A DNA stretch of 64,000 bases from Hemiscyllium ocellatum (GCF_020745735.1 NC_083408.1:93216484-93280483); one strand, 5' to 3'; counted from the first letter of the stretch, positions 51,592 through 64,000 are shown. Numbers and translations: made by a program. Notes: generated by a model from the letters alone, not told the origin.

Positions 51592-53239
51592 AAGAGTCAA
51601 CAACTGTCCTGTGAGCCTCGAGTCACATGTAAGCCAGATGAGGCAAAAGATGGCAGGCTTTATTCCCTAAAGGTCATTAGCGAATCAGATGGGCTAAACA
51701 TTAATGCAGGAGGTATTGCAAAGCTCTTTATTAACTGCCAGAGCATGTTTCGAGTAGATGTCCCAATAGTATTGCCATATGATCTCTGATATTTCAAACT
51801 GAATGATAAATTCATCAGTAGCCTGAAAATGCTGCCAGAAATTGATTTGCTTTATCAAAAATATATTAACAGCCTTAACAGTTCCTCTGTTTGCTTTCAT
51901 TTATTTCTGTAGAATTTACATTCCTTTATTTTACGTCTTTGAAATGGTAACTATTTAAATCATTACTTTCACAAGCTTCATAACATATAATATGACCCTT
52001 TAGGAGACCTAAATATTCATAGGGAAGTCTTTGTGCAAAAACACATACAATTCTCCCACGCATAGGAACAGGATTAGTCTGTTCAACTCCTCGAGCTTGT
52101 CCTATTATCATGACTGATCTGTACCTCAACCACATTTGCCTTCCTTTGCTTTAACTAACACAGATCCATTAGTTTCAGTCTTGAAAACTCCATTTAACCC
52201 AACAGCTACAGCCATCTGGGGCAGGGATCCAAATTTCTATTCCGATATGTGTGAGAAAATGATTCTTGGTTTCATTCGTTAAGATGCAGCTCATATTTTA
52301 AGATTAGACCACATTGTTAATGTAGCATGCAGATAGAAAAAAGGAACTGAGGTTTTCACTGTATAAAATCTTTTAGTCTAGTTGGGGCATGAATATTCCA
52401 CCTCAAATCAACGTTTCTTGTTCTGGCTTTGCTATCTGCATTCATTTATACTCATAAAAATGTATGCTTCCCTCCAAGTTGAAAGGTGAAGTATTCAGCT
52501 TACATTAAATTGCCATTTTTCTTTAGGCTTACAGACAGGAACGTCACCTGAAAGACTGTTAAATACCCTATTATTTGAAAGTAAGGGATTGGAATATGAT
52601 TCAGTCATGCTTTCTTATCAGGGTCTAACAGATTTGTTCAGCAGGCTGTTCACCACACCTATATTTCATATTATAAAGCAGCTGATTAATATGCAAACCT
52701 TTCAAAATGCATGTCAATTTAATATAATGTATTGTTTATTATATATAATTTAATGAACAATGAAAATATCTCTGCTAATGAATAAGCATTGCTTTGTTGT
52801 GTGCATAAAACATGATCTAGCAGGAACTTTGTTTATCAAGGAAAAAAATGTCCTAATTTCAACCTGCTCAGTAACATCCATTATCTAGGTAGGCAATGAC
52901 TCACAATAATTAGTATTTTCTTATGCTTCGACACAGAGGGATTAAATCCTAAATCAGTCTGTAAATGAGATGATTTTTTTTCCCCCATTTCTCTGTGCTA
53001 CCGTGTTATGTGCCAGGATCTATTTGCAAATTTTCTTAGTTTGATCAATAAGTACATTTTACACATAGTTTTTTTTCAGAGATAGTCGCATAATTATGCT
53101 GAATTTTGTTTACAACGCTGAGCTGTTTTGTATAATTCCATTCCCACTGAAGCAATTTATTTGCATTAGAGTTTAATGTTTAGTTTCTGGCCCAAGCATT
53201 TCCAACTGGTTAAACAGAAACAACTTCAACAAGAAGACT

Positions 53240-54210
53240 CTTTTTTTCCAGATGGGTTTTTATGACAATTGCCGATGGTTTTGTGGTCCTCATTTGACTT
53301 TTAATTCATTTTTTTTTGGTTCCAATTGCACCCTCTGCTATGATGGGACTTGAAACCAAATCTCTAGAATAGTACCTGGATTGCTTGATAGTCCAGTAAA
53401 CTAGCCAAAAGGGGTCATCCCTATAGGAAAAGAAATTAGAATCCCTACAGTGTGGAAACAGGTCCTTCAGCCCAACAAGTCTATACGAACAGTGTCCCAC
53501 CCAAACCCATTACGCTACCTTTACCCCTGACTAATGCAAGTAACCTACACATTCCTGGAGACTAGGCCAATTCACATAAACTGCACATCTTTGGATCATG
53601 GGAGGAAACCAGAGCACCCGGAAGACACCCAAATTAACATGGGGTGAATGTGCAAACTCCACACAGACAGCTGTCTGAAACTGGAATCGAACCCAGGTCC
53701 CTGGAGCTGTGGGGCCACAGTGCTAACCACTGAGCCACCGAGCCATCCCGATCTACTGTACCTACCTGATCTGATCTACTTGTATCTAAGAGCAATGTGG
53801 TTGACTCTTAACTGTCCTCTGAAAAAGCACTGAGTTCGATCAAACTGAAAAAATGTTTCAAAGAAGGAATGAAGTCCCCTGCCACTGATTTCTAGGTACT
53901 AGAAATGGCAATGCTAAACACAGCCCTCTGTGTCCACCTGCACCCAGGGGCTTTTCACAAAATTGGAAGACTCGGATCAAAGACTAATCAAACAACTGTC
54001 TGACATGTTTATACTCAAGGAATTAAACCTTACAAACCATGCTTCAGACAACATCTTCATCATTGCTGAGTTTACCCTGTCCCTTTGGCAGGACAGACCC
54101 AGCAGACGTGGCAGCACAATTGTCTACGGTGTGGAGGGAGTTGCTCTGGGAGTCCTCAACGTTGAATGCGGACCCCATGATGTCCCATAGCATCAGATCA
54201 AACCTGATGG
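53240..54210 (+). mobile_element. 5' end of a LINE whose 5' UTR is the SINE B head and core (head inverted), running into an APE endonuclease; HE1 inserted at 53436-53748 (-)
   Basis: Head on - (53240-53400), core on + (53405-53430 and 53750-53830), then ORF 53930: GLFTKL..RLIKQLSDMFILKE...WQDRPSRRGSTIVY..EGVALGVLN (APE N-terminus). Confidence 0.6.
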
Positions 54211-54571
54211 GAAAAGAACCAAAATCATTTTCCTTTATGCCAGGTAAGACAGGTAAGGCAGAGTTTTACCCTGAATTCCCATTGACACGAGTTTTGTTTG
54301 AGTTCACTAATGTCACACATAGTTGAATGCATCTAAAGGGAATCGAGGAGAGATGATGTTGTAGTGGCATTGTTGCTGGATTAGTAAACTTAGACATTCA
54401 GAATCATGTGTTCTGGGTTGGAATCTCAGTACAGAAGATGGTGGAACTTAGAACAAAAAGGATTGGAACCAGAAGTCTAACAATGACCATGAAAACTCAT
54501 CTTCTTCACTAAGGCCCTTTAGGGAAAGAAAAGGGCCATCCTTACCTGGTCTGGCCTATATATGATTCTAG

Positions 54572-55633
54572 TTGTGGTTCTGCTCGCCGAGCTGGAAGTT
54601 TTTGCTGCAAACGTTTCGTTCCCTGGCTAGGGAACATCATCAGTGCTGTTGGAGCCTCGTGTGAAGCGCTGCTTTGATGTTTCTTCCGGTATTTATATTG
54701 GTTTGTTCTTGCTGCTTCCGGGTGTCAGTTTCAGCTGTAGTGATTTGTATGTGGGGTCCAGGTCGATGTGTCTGTTGATGGATGTTCTTGCCATTTCCGG
54801 GTGTCAGTTTCAGCTGTAGTGGTTTGTATATGGTGTCCAGGTCAATGTGTCTGTTGATGGAGTTTGGGGATGAATGCCATGCTTCTAGGAATTCTCTGGC
54901 TGTTCTCTGTCTGGCTTGTCCTATGATAGTGGTGTTTTCCCAATCAAATTCATGTTGCTGGTTGTCTGAGTGTATGGCTACTAGAGATAGCTGGTCGTGT
55001 CGTTTTGTGGCTAGCTGATGTTCATGGATGCGGATTGTTAGCTGTCTTCCTGTTTGTCCTATATAGTGTTTTGTGCAGTCCTTGCATGGTATTTTGTAAA
55101 CTACGTTAGTTTGGCTCATGCTGGGTATTGGGTCCTTTGTTCTAGTGAGTTGTTGTCTGAGCGTGGATGTTGGCTTGTGTGCTGAGTAGCCATACACTCA
55201 GACAACCAGCAACATGAATTTGACTGGGAAAACACCACTATCATAGGACAAGCCAGACAGAGAACAGCCAGAGAATCCCTAGAAGCATGGCATTCATCCC
55301 CAAACTCCATCAACAGACACATTGACCTGGACACCATATACAAACCACTACAGCTGAAACTGACACCCGGAAACGGCAAGAACATCCATCAACAGACATA
55401 TCGACCTGGACCCCACATACAAATCACTGCAGCTGAAACTGACACCCGGAAGCGGCAAGAACAAACCAATATAAATACCGGAAGAAACATCAAAGCAGCG
55501 CTTCACACGAGGCTCCAACAGCACTGATGATGTTCCCTAGCCAGGGAACGAAACGTTTGCAGCAAAAACTTCCAGCTCGGCGAGCAGAACCACAACAACG
55601 GATACCCGAGCTACAAATCTTCAATCAGATTTT
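54572..55633. mobile_element. Young Penelope/Poseidon-type PLE with ~410-bp near-identical inverted arms, inserted in SINE B (54348-55710)
   Basis: ORF 54640-55197 (-): VVYKIPCKDCTKHYIGQTGR..RIHEH...REFLEAWHS (GIY-YIG). Arms 54572-54982 and 55185-55596. 13-bp TSD TATATGATTCTAG at 54559-54571 and 55634-55646. Confidence 0.95.
55524..55557 (+). ncRNA. Minimal hammerhead ribozyme core (PLE family 4); mirror copy on - at 54610-54643
   Basis: CTGATGA-T-GTTCCC TAGCCA GGGAAC-GAAACGTT: perfect 6-bp helix II and palindromic ACGT. Confidence 0.8.
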
Positions 55634-55714
55634 TATATGATTCTAGACCCACAGCAATGTGGTGGACATTCAATTGCCCTCTGAAATAGCCAAACATGCC
55701 ATTCAGCTATATCA

Positions 55715-56190
55715 ACCGGTAAGTAATGCTCTGAATTTTTATACTGTCTATCAAAGTGAACAATTTTACATTTGCCTACTTTATATTCCATCTGCCAGAT
55801 TTTTGCCCACTCACGCAATCTGATGTCTCAGTTGATCTGCAATTCCTTCATGTCAACCTACCTATCTTCCTGTTGCCTGTGAATTTATTGACCATATCTT
55901 CAACTAAGTCACTGACATAAATTGTAAAAAATTGAGACCCCAGCACAGACGTGGGACAGACCTCACTTGTCACATTCTGCCGTACAGACAAAGTTCAATT
56001 TTTCTGCAAGGCAGCTTCCTTCTATCCATGCTAATAGATTTCAACTTTCTGCAATAACCTTTGATGAGACAACTTATCCAATGTCCTCTCGAAATGACAG
56101 CACAGTATGTGCACACGTACCCCTTTATCCACAGTTCATGTTAATCCTTCAAAGAATTCCAATAAATTATTTAAATTTATTTCCCTTTGA
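55715..56190 (-). mobile_element. CR1 RT fragment
   Basis: ORF 55633-55818 EWAKIWQMEYKVGKCKIVHF; antisense GSVLG-like motif at ~55935. Confidence 0.75.
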
Positions 56191-56765
56191 AGAAACCACC
56201 AGATGAAGAAACAGCACTCCAAAAGCTGGTGCTTCCAAATAAACATGTTGGACTATAACCTGGTGCTGTGTGATTTTTTTAAGTCCGATTACTGTGATTG
56301 TTTTGATGTGTGCAGTTATAATCTGTTCAATGATTGACGCCAACAATCATTTTGCCACAACCGCCTTAAAGCTGACTAGCATCAAGTTTAAAGAAGAGTT
56401 GTACTGGACTCGAAATATTGACCCTGTTTATCTCTCTCTAAAGTTGCTGAAAGATCTGCTGAGTTTCTCGAGCAGTTTCAATTCGTATTGCAGATTCACG
56501 ATATCTGCGGTATTATGCTTTAATTTCTGGACTATAGTTTCCTATTTTCTGCCTCCCTCTTGAATAGATGGGTTCTGTGTTCTCTTTTCCAGTCCAATGA
56601 TACATTTCCCTAAATCTCGGAAATTTTAGAAAATTATCATCAACATACCCACAAACATTAACAAATTTTTTTAGACACGTAAGTTCATACTAATAGATTC
56701 TCATTTATGTTAACGTCCAGTCACTTCTCATATTCTCGCTTTTTAAAAACTTTTTCTATTTTCAA

Positions 56766-56974
56766 GGTGAAAGTGAGGACTGTAGATGCTGGAGATCAGA
56801 GTCAGGACTAGAGTGGTGGTGGAAAAGTACAGCAGGTCAGGCTGCATCCGAGGAGCAGGATAATTGATGTTTCGGGCAAAAGCTATTCATCAGGAATGAC
56901 CTGATGAAGGCCTTTTGCCCGGCACATCAATTTTCCTGCTCCTTGGATGCAGCCTGACCTGCTGTGCTTTTCCA
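56766..56974. mobile_element. Palindromic mini-PLE, family 1
   Basis: Centre TTCATCAGG-AATGA-CCTGATGAA; TSD TTTTCTATTTTCAA / TTTCCTATTTTCAA. Confidence 0.88.
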
Positions 56975-57509
56975 TTTCCTATTTTCAACCTCGTTCTCAA
57001 CATTGTCATTCAACTGATATCTGTCTTTTACTGCTTTATTGTATCATCTGTTGCTGTGTTCATCTGGGCAGCTCTATGATTGTTTGAACAACCTTTCTCC
57101 CTCCTGGACATTATTTCACCTGTATCCAAACTACTTTTTCTTTGAAGGCAGCCTGCTGTTCCATTACTTTTTATTTTTCCAGTCAATCTAATTACAATTT
57201 ACTTAGGATGGATCTGTTCTCATTCTTGAGGTTTTCCTCTATTAATTAATTGCTTCACTTTATTTTGTATTACCCCCAGTCCTTTTCCATAATCCTGATG
57301 AAAGAATTATCCCACTAATTGCTCCCCTACTGACACTTAGATTATTTGATAAGGGTTCTCATGGTGCATTGGTAGTGTTCTAACTCTGGGTAAAAAGGTC
57401 CCGGTTCAAGTTTGCACATCAGGATGAAATGTCACATGGAAGTATGCCACATTGTGCCCCAACGGTTTAATTTATGGGGATATAGTGCACAGTCATGTTG
57501 TCCTAAACT

Positions 57510-58500
57510 ACACAGTTTAAAAGGCATTTTGATGGGGATACAAATAGAAGAGTTGAGAGGGATATGGACCAAATGCTGGGAAATGGGGCTAGATCAGTTT
57601 AGGATAACTGGTTGGCATGGACGATTTGGACCGAAGGGTCTGTTTACATGCTGTATAACACTATGACTCTTAGTAATCCAGAGGGCCAGGCTAATGTTCT
57701 GAGGAAATGAGTTTGAATCCCACGATGGCAAATAGGAAAATCAATGACATTTGGAAGTTAAAGAAAAACTAGCCGAATGGTGATTATGTAACCATTGTTG
57801 ATTGTTGTAAAAACCTATCTGGTTTGCTCAGGTCCTTTAGAAATTGGGATGTGTCCTCAGGTCTGGCCAAAGGTGACTCCAGATCCACAGCAATGTGGTT
57901 GACTCTTAATTGCCCTCTGAATTGGCACATGTGAAACTCTCAAATCAAGTGGCAATTGGGGATGGGCCTTCCTGCTGATACTTTAATTATATCAACTACT
58001 GTATCAACGTATCTGTCACACATACCATAAACCCTTCCCATTCTCTGCCTTTTACATAATTACTATCCCAGTTTATATTAGCCTAGTTAAAGTGTTTTAT
58101 TATAACTAGTCCATAGCCTTTGCGCCTCTCTATAGTTTCCTTGTGAATTTGTTTCCTATCGATTTCTCAGGAAAATGTTCTAAATAATTAAAAAGGCTCT
58201 CACTTGTGAAAGGATCTTGAATGAGAGGGCACAGATTAAATAGGTGAAAGAAATAAAGAATTATAAGGCAAAGTGTTTTACATGCAGTGGTCTGAAATGC
58301 ACGGCCTGAGAGTATGGTGAAAGCAGGTACAATCACGACATTCAAAGAGAGAGCAATGGCTGTTTTTAAACGAATAATCTGCTGGGTTTCAGATAGGAGA
58401 CTGAAGAATGGCATCAGCTAAGATATGCCTTTGGAGAAGTTGCACAGATACACTGTGCTAACAAGCCTTCTTCTGTGCTGTAATAATTCAATGATTCTGT
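57510..58500 (+). mobile_element. Cluster: CR1 3' end (57510-57670), SINE B (57670-57975), CR1 3' end (58190-58500)
   Basis: Recognisable CR1 tails and SINE B core (GTGACTCCAGATCCACAGCAATGTGGTTGACTCTTAATTGCCCTCTG). Confidence 0.8.
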
Positions 58501-58889
58501 TTATCACCCAGGTCTCTCTGATCATCACTGATGATCATCACATATGATGATATCACAATGTCATATTTCCATGTAGTCACTTGCCTGCAGCTTACCATCA
58601 TTGTTTACCACACTCTGTGGATTCCAATAGATGCTCGTTAACATTAGTTCAGATATTATCAATTATGTTGTACTCTCATCCAGCCAAATAACATACAATG
58701 CGCTACTCTAGCACTGCATGGCTCTCAAATCTGCATCTTGATTTTCCCTCACTAATTTTGTTTCTTTCCCAGACTCCAGCCAAGTTATTTTAAATCTTCT
58801 CCCAAAATAGCAGCAAATCACGCCAAAAAAGAAAGGCTGTTGGTCAGTTTAGGTTCAATTCTTCCATCCTGTACTGGGTGGCATAGTAT

Positions 58890-59198
58890 GGGTGGCATGG
58901 TGGCTCAGTAGTTAGCCCTTCTGCTTCACAGCATGAGGGATCCTTGTTCAATTCCCAACTTGGGCCATTGTCTGTGTGGAGTTTGCACATTCGTTGTGTG
59001 GCACAGTTTCCTCAGAGTGCTCTGGTTTTCTCCCACAATCCAAAGATGTGCAGGTCAAGTGATTTGGCCATGCTAAATTGCCCATGGTGTCAGGGGTATA
59101 TGTAGGGGAATAGGTCTGGGTGGGTTACTCTTTAGAGGATCAGTGTGGACTTGTTGAGCTAAATGGCCTGTTTCCACACTGTAGGGAATCTAATCTAA
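58890..59198 (+). mobile_element. HE1-type V-SINE
   Basis: Full head, V-domain and tail ending AATCTAATCTAA. Confidence 0.9.
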
Positions 59199-60083
59199 TG
59201 ATCTCACCTCCACCTTAATCTGTTCCAATGTCCCAGGCATTGAGGATACTTCCTTACGCACTTGTTATCTATATACTAACGCATATTACTGGGGACAATT
59301 TAAAGATGACCAAATTTAAAGTTATCCTTGCTCCCTATATTCTCACTGCAAGACCTCATCTCATACTGATATGGACCATATCAATGGCTTTTCACCTTGT
59401 CCACCTGGTAGCAGGAAAACAATATGCCATCTTGGCTACTTCTAGTCACATGAGTGTTTGTCTGCTCCCTGAACAATCAAACCTTCTGCTGCATAATGTA
59501 ATGGTTCTGAAAGAGTTAATGCAGAAGCTGCTTAAAGCTCCACTCAATCTGATGATGCCTCACACACTTTGGAAATGAAAGAAGCAGTCTGCCCTGTTGT
59601 CGAATGGAATGAATGTGTCGTCTCTGACACAAACAGAAAGTATTGGAGAAGCTCAGCAAGTCTGGGCAGCATCCATGAGTCAGAAACATAACATTACCAC
59701 CCCCTTTGCATAATGAAGCTACTCCTTTAACAAAGTTATGCTGTCCTGGTTTTATTTTCAGGAGGTCATAAAGACACAAGTTCCAAAATGTCTGGGGTTG
59801 ATCTGCTTGAAAAGGCTTCAAAGTTGAAAAAAATAACACTTGTACAGTGAAAGAGGCATGACCAGTTCTTCCCAGCTCAGCTTTACTCTAGATTGGTTTG
59901 GGTTTAGCTGTTCATTGAATGCACATATGGCATGTCCAGAACACCTTTTACTGTGACACCTGTGACCTTTTCAATCTCTCTCATTCTGCAACCTTCCTCC
60001 AATTCTCCTTGTACTTACTTTAGTGTCATCTCTGATAGTCTTTGTAATTAAGTCTACACTTACTGCTGTCATGCAATTAACTA

Positions 60084-60271
60084 GGAGACAGTGAGGTCTG
60101 CAGATGCTGGAGATCGTAGTTGAGAGTGTGTTGCTAGAAAAACACAGCAAGTCAGGCAGAATCCGAGGAGCAGGAAAATCATCCTGGAGGGCTTCGGCCT
60201 GAAATGTCGATTTTCCTGCTCCTCAGATTCTGCCTGATTTGCTGTGCTTTTCCAGCAACACACTCTCAACA
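60084..60271. mobile_element. Palindromic mini-PLE, family 1, centre deleted
   Basis: Inverted arms; TSD CATGCAATTAACTA / CATACAATTAACTA. Confidence 0.85.
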
Positions 60272-60425
60272 CATACAATTAACTATATTAAAGCAAATAT
60301 CTAGTTTTTTTTGAAACTCTATAGTTGTTCAACACTTACCACTGCTAAATAAGACAAGCCTTTAGAATCAGTTAATAAAGTAAGATCGGTGGCAGGGCTC
60401 TACTCGAGCAGCAGAAGAGAAACTA

Positions 60426-60598
60426 CAGAGGAACCTTGATTATCCAAAGGACATGGGTGGGGAGTATTTTGTTCAGTTAATTGAATTCTGGACAATCAAA
60501 TGCCAGGTAACATAGTTTAGCAAAGCATCGGACCTTGCGATCTTGCCAGTTAATCCGATATTCGGATAATCAAATGCCAGATAATTGAGGTTCCTCTG
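60426..60598. mobile_element. Tc1/mariner (pogo/Tigger-like) MITE nested in an antisense PLE family 2 fragment (~60390-60980)
   Basis: TIR CAGAGGAACCTTGATTATC ... GATAATTGAGGTTCCTCTG flanked by TA on both sides. Confidence 0.88.
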
Positions 60599-63319
60599 TA
60601 GTAGACTTTGCTGGAAGCAACCCATATAATGTGATGATCGGACTAAGAGTAGGTGAGAAAGGGTTAGCTGTGCTGAAAGTATCCCACCTGATGATTGGAC
60701 AGGAAGTGGGGATGGGTAATAAACATGGAAGGACATGATCAGGTTCTCAAGTCAATGAATTCAGTGTTGAGTCTGTTGAGGCTGCAGGGTCCCCCAAATG
60801 GAAAATGAGATGTTGTGCTTCAAGCTTGCGCTGAAGCTCGCTGGAAGATTACAGCAGGTCTGTGACAGAAATATTATCGAGAGAACATGGTGGTGTATTC
60901 AAGTGACAGACAACTGGAAGCACAGGGTCATCTTTGTGGACACAACGTAGGCATTCTGCAAAGTGGTCACCCACTTTCATTTCTCAATGGACATTTACAC
61001 AACTTACCCATTTTCTCCTATTATTAGCTCTCATCAACAGTTATTCAGCTTCTCTTCTGTTCTTATCTCTCTGGAAACTTTATTATTTCACATTGACAGC
61101 TGTATTCAAGTGGAAAAGTAATTCATTGTTCAAATGTTTGGGCACAAAAGTTTGCTATTTTTAATCTTTCCATTTCATAGTTGAAGATTCACTTCTGCTG
61201 ATCTGTGTCTGCATTGATCTAACTTTGTCCCCAGCTAACCTCAACCAGCTCCCTTATTATACTGAATATTGCCTTTGTCAAGTCTGGCAAATTTATCTTT
61301 GACTCTTCATTGTCTTATTCTCTTCCATTAAACCTAACAATGATGGGGTTGCTGGTTTCCAATTATGGTACTGTTTTTACAGCCTACAATGCTTTGGTTA
61401 TACAATTAAGCCTGTGGTACTTTCCCAAATGATCATCCCTGGTACCTTGTGTAATTTGACAGATTTTCCAGTATGTCATAATAGGGAAAGTGTTTTTTGG
61501 ATAGTTTGCTGACACCAATCCTCCATGTGTTGCTGCTCTGTCTTTGCCTATCTTGTGATTTGTGGTAGAGGATACAGCAAACTAGAGTATCTGCCGAAAA
61601 CGCATTATTCTTGGATAATGAAGGTTGAGTGCATAAGATTAAGTGCCACTACATTTGTTAAAGCATACTTATTAGGACCTTAATTACCTGGTACAGATGT
61701 GTTTACTCTCTGAAAGCTAGAATCTTTATTTACACACTCAGACTATATGATATCAGTAGAATGAGTGAAGACACTAAATTTAGCATCAATGCCTTCTAGA
61801 ACAAAAGTAACCAATGCTCTATTCTTCCTTTGAATAGGTACAATTACTTTAGTAAATAGTCTTAATTGCATTCTATAAACTATTTCATACTTAGACTACA
61901 TGCCTACCTTGCTATTAATAATTCATCAAATGGATATGTATGCCCAATATTATGCCATGTTGCTCTTGCATTTCATTCTGAACTATCTTATTAGATCACA
62001 ATCATTTATTATCTTTAATAAACACTAAGATGATATATTTTCTCTTCCTGTGCTTTAACAAAGGAGGAAAGGTTAACTAGTAATTTGGATAAACTCATTT
62101 AGCCTTTCTTAAATGAGTCCAAATGAATTATTATTATCAACCAAAGTCAGTATTCAAACGTTTTAGTATAATAGCTGATCTGAATAAGAACACTACTCAC
62201 ATTTCCAAAGTGCTGCAATGAAGTGTTGCCCTGCAATGTGCAGTTAAGCTCCACTTAACTTGAATTTGCATTCTTAAAAGGCAAATATTGCTATCCACTG
62301 AGCTAGCTTTTCATTATTGTTGTGTATAAAAAAAATCCCTTTTCAAAATCCATACCCTTTCTAGTTCCAGAATGCTTATATTTTATATCAACACATTTAG
62401 TTCATGGGAAAACTCTGATATTAAAATATTTCATCTATTTAGATAAATCCACTGAAATCATACCTCAATGTTATATTGAAATAAATTTCAAGCAAAAGAG
62501 GAGTGCAAGCATGCAGTCACGGACTCAGAATAGATAAAGTTACCATTGTCATTTATGCTTAATTTATGTTTAATCATAAAGGGAAGACTGCGAATGAGTC
62601 TTTTTTCAAAGATTTGTTTATGGAAGAATTTGCACTTCACCATAGAATTATTATCACTGTCTGGCAGTTTTAAATTGCTGCACTGCAGCAACAAATGACT
62701 TTTGAGGTGATGTGATGCCTCTGAGGCAAGCTAATAGAAATACTAGTGTGAACCTAATGTTCTACAGAGAGCCATAAGGCAAAATAAATTAGAAGCTGTA
62801 GTCTTCAAAGAGAATCTTTTAAAAGCACAAGCTTCACCTGGAGTTTGGAATTAATTATTAGCAATTAGGAAGTTACTTCTTCTTAAAGCTTTGTTCAGGT
62901 GCATCACATATGATTTAGAAATGTTTTGTGGAATGACAAAAAATGTGAAGTTACTCCATTCTTTTTCTCTTCATTTTCTGCTGGATGTGCAGGGCAAGGC
63001 ACTTTCAATGTACGGACAGACCGGTACTGACTCCTCCCACTATAAACAAGTGAATGTGGCTTGTAAATATATAACATCCTGACTTGCACGATAATTATTA
63101 AGTTTTTACACAGTGCAATGTGTGAAATTTTGCTGTGCTATTTCTGTAATGAATAACTGAGGTTCCTCCCTTTGGTCTTTTAATTTTAACCAAACAATCC
63201 AGGCTGACAGTTCACTACAGTCATAAAGAAGTGTTTCATTGTCAGAGTTACTGAGTTTCAGATAAGATGATAAACAGAAGCCTTATTAGCTCAGTCATAT
63301 GGAATTAAGTGACACAGCT

Positions 63320-63600
63320 AGTTGGTAGCATAACAGTTATATTACTAGGAAGTAATCCCAGAAACTTAGACTAATGATTTACTAACATCACTTCGAATTT
63401 CTTCATGTCATCTGGGAATTTGAATTCAGTTGATTATTAAAATCTGAAATAAAAAGCTAATATTAGGCAAGATAATCATAAACTCAGACACTTGTCATTA
63501 TGCATCTGGTTCACTAATGTCCATTAGTGAAGGAACGCTGCCATTCTTAACGGGTTTGACCTGTATGTAACTTCAGGCCAGCAGTGGAGTGATAACATCA
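63320..63600 (+). mobile_element. SINE family B, degenerate
   Basis: GAATTTGAATTCAG..., CATCTGGTTCACTAATGTCC..GAAGGAA. Confidence 0.7.
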
Positions 63601-64000
63601 AAATGCTGTCACAAACAGCCTCACACACCATTTAGTTCTATCAAATGCAGCCCTTGACAACGCTCATTCCTTATCCAATACCATGGGAATAGATAATTTG
63701 ATCATTTATTTAAATTGTTGTCATGGTCCTTCTTGATGCAAATCAGGTGCCATTTTTGCGTACAAAATAAGCAATATCTACTCCTTGAAAACAATTTTGT
63801 AATTGTGAAAGCTGTTGGACAGTTCGTGGACATGGATGTTTCTCCTAAAATGCAAGTTTACTCTTTCTTTTTAATTAACAAAGATGTTAACTCAGTTGAA
63901 ATCAATAATGAATTTCTCTTGAATTACGTCTACGATTACAACTTGATAGAGCTATGGAGCTTGGAAGCTAAGCTGTTTTGCTATCAGTAGGTTTGGCAAT

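Noticed and set aside
63715-63990. 91-aa ORF at the window end
   Set aside because: No homology recognised, no ATG start and no clear splice signals.

Overview
Repeat-dense, AT-rich vertebrate DNA that is intergenic or deep-intronic; I found no convincing host exon. The repeat set (HE1-type V-SINEs with their CR1/HER1-type partner LINE, Penelope-like elements, Rex1/Babar, L2, Gypsy and Harbinger relics) points to a cartilaginous fish, most likely a shark (inference). Nearly all listed ORFs are TE fragments or microsatellite artefacts. The most unusual object is a 585-bp non-coding insertion at 29803-30387, nested in a CR1 fragment that itself sits in an older LINE. It has a 4-bp TSD (CTGT) and integrase-type ends (TGAAGA...TCTTCG). 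Its first 286 bp (TG...CA) fold back as 114-bp arms and are followed 2 nt later by a tRNA-His-like primer-binding site, a structured region, a 24-nt purine tract and a diverged second copy of the terminal ~37 nt. It looks like a minimal non-autonomous LTR/ERV-type element with a foldback LTR. Other notable features: four Penelope-like families carrying minimal hammerhead ribozyme cores, a size series of palindromic Penelope insertions with TSDs, three SINE/LINE partner relationships, and minisatellite-bodied elements ending in a Rex1-like tail. All alignments were done by eye, so boundaries of old repeats are approximate.
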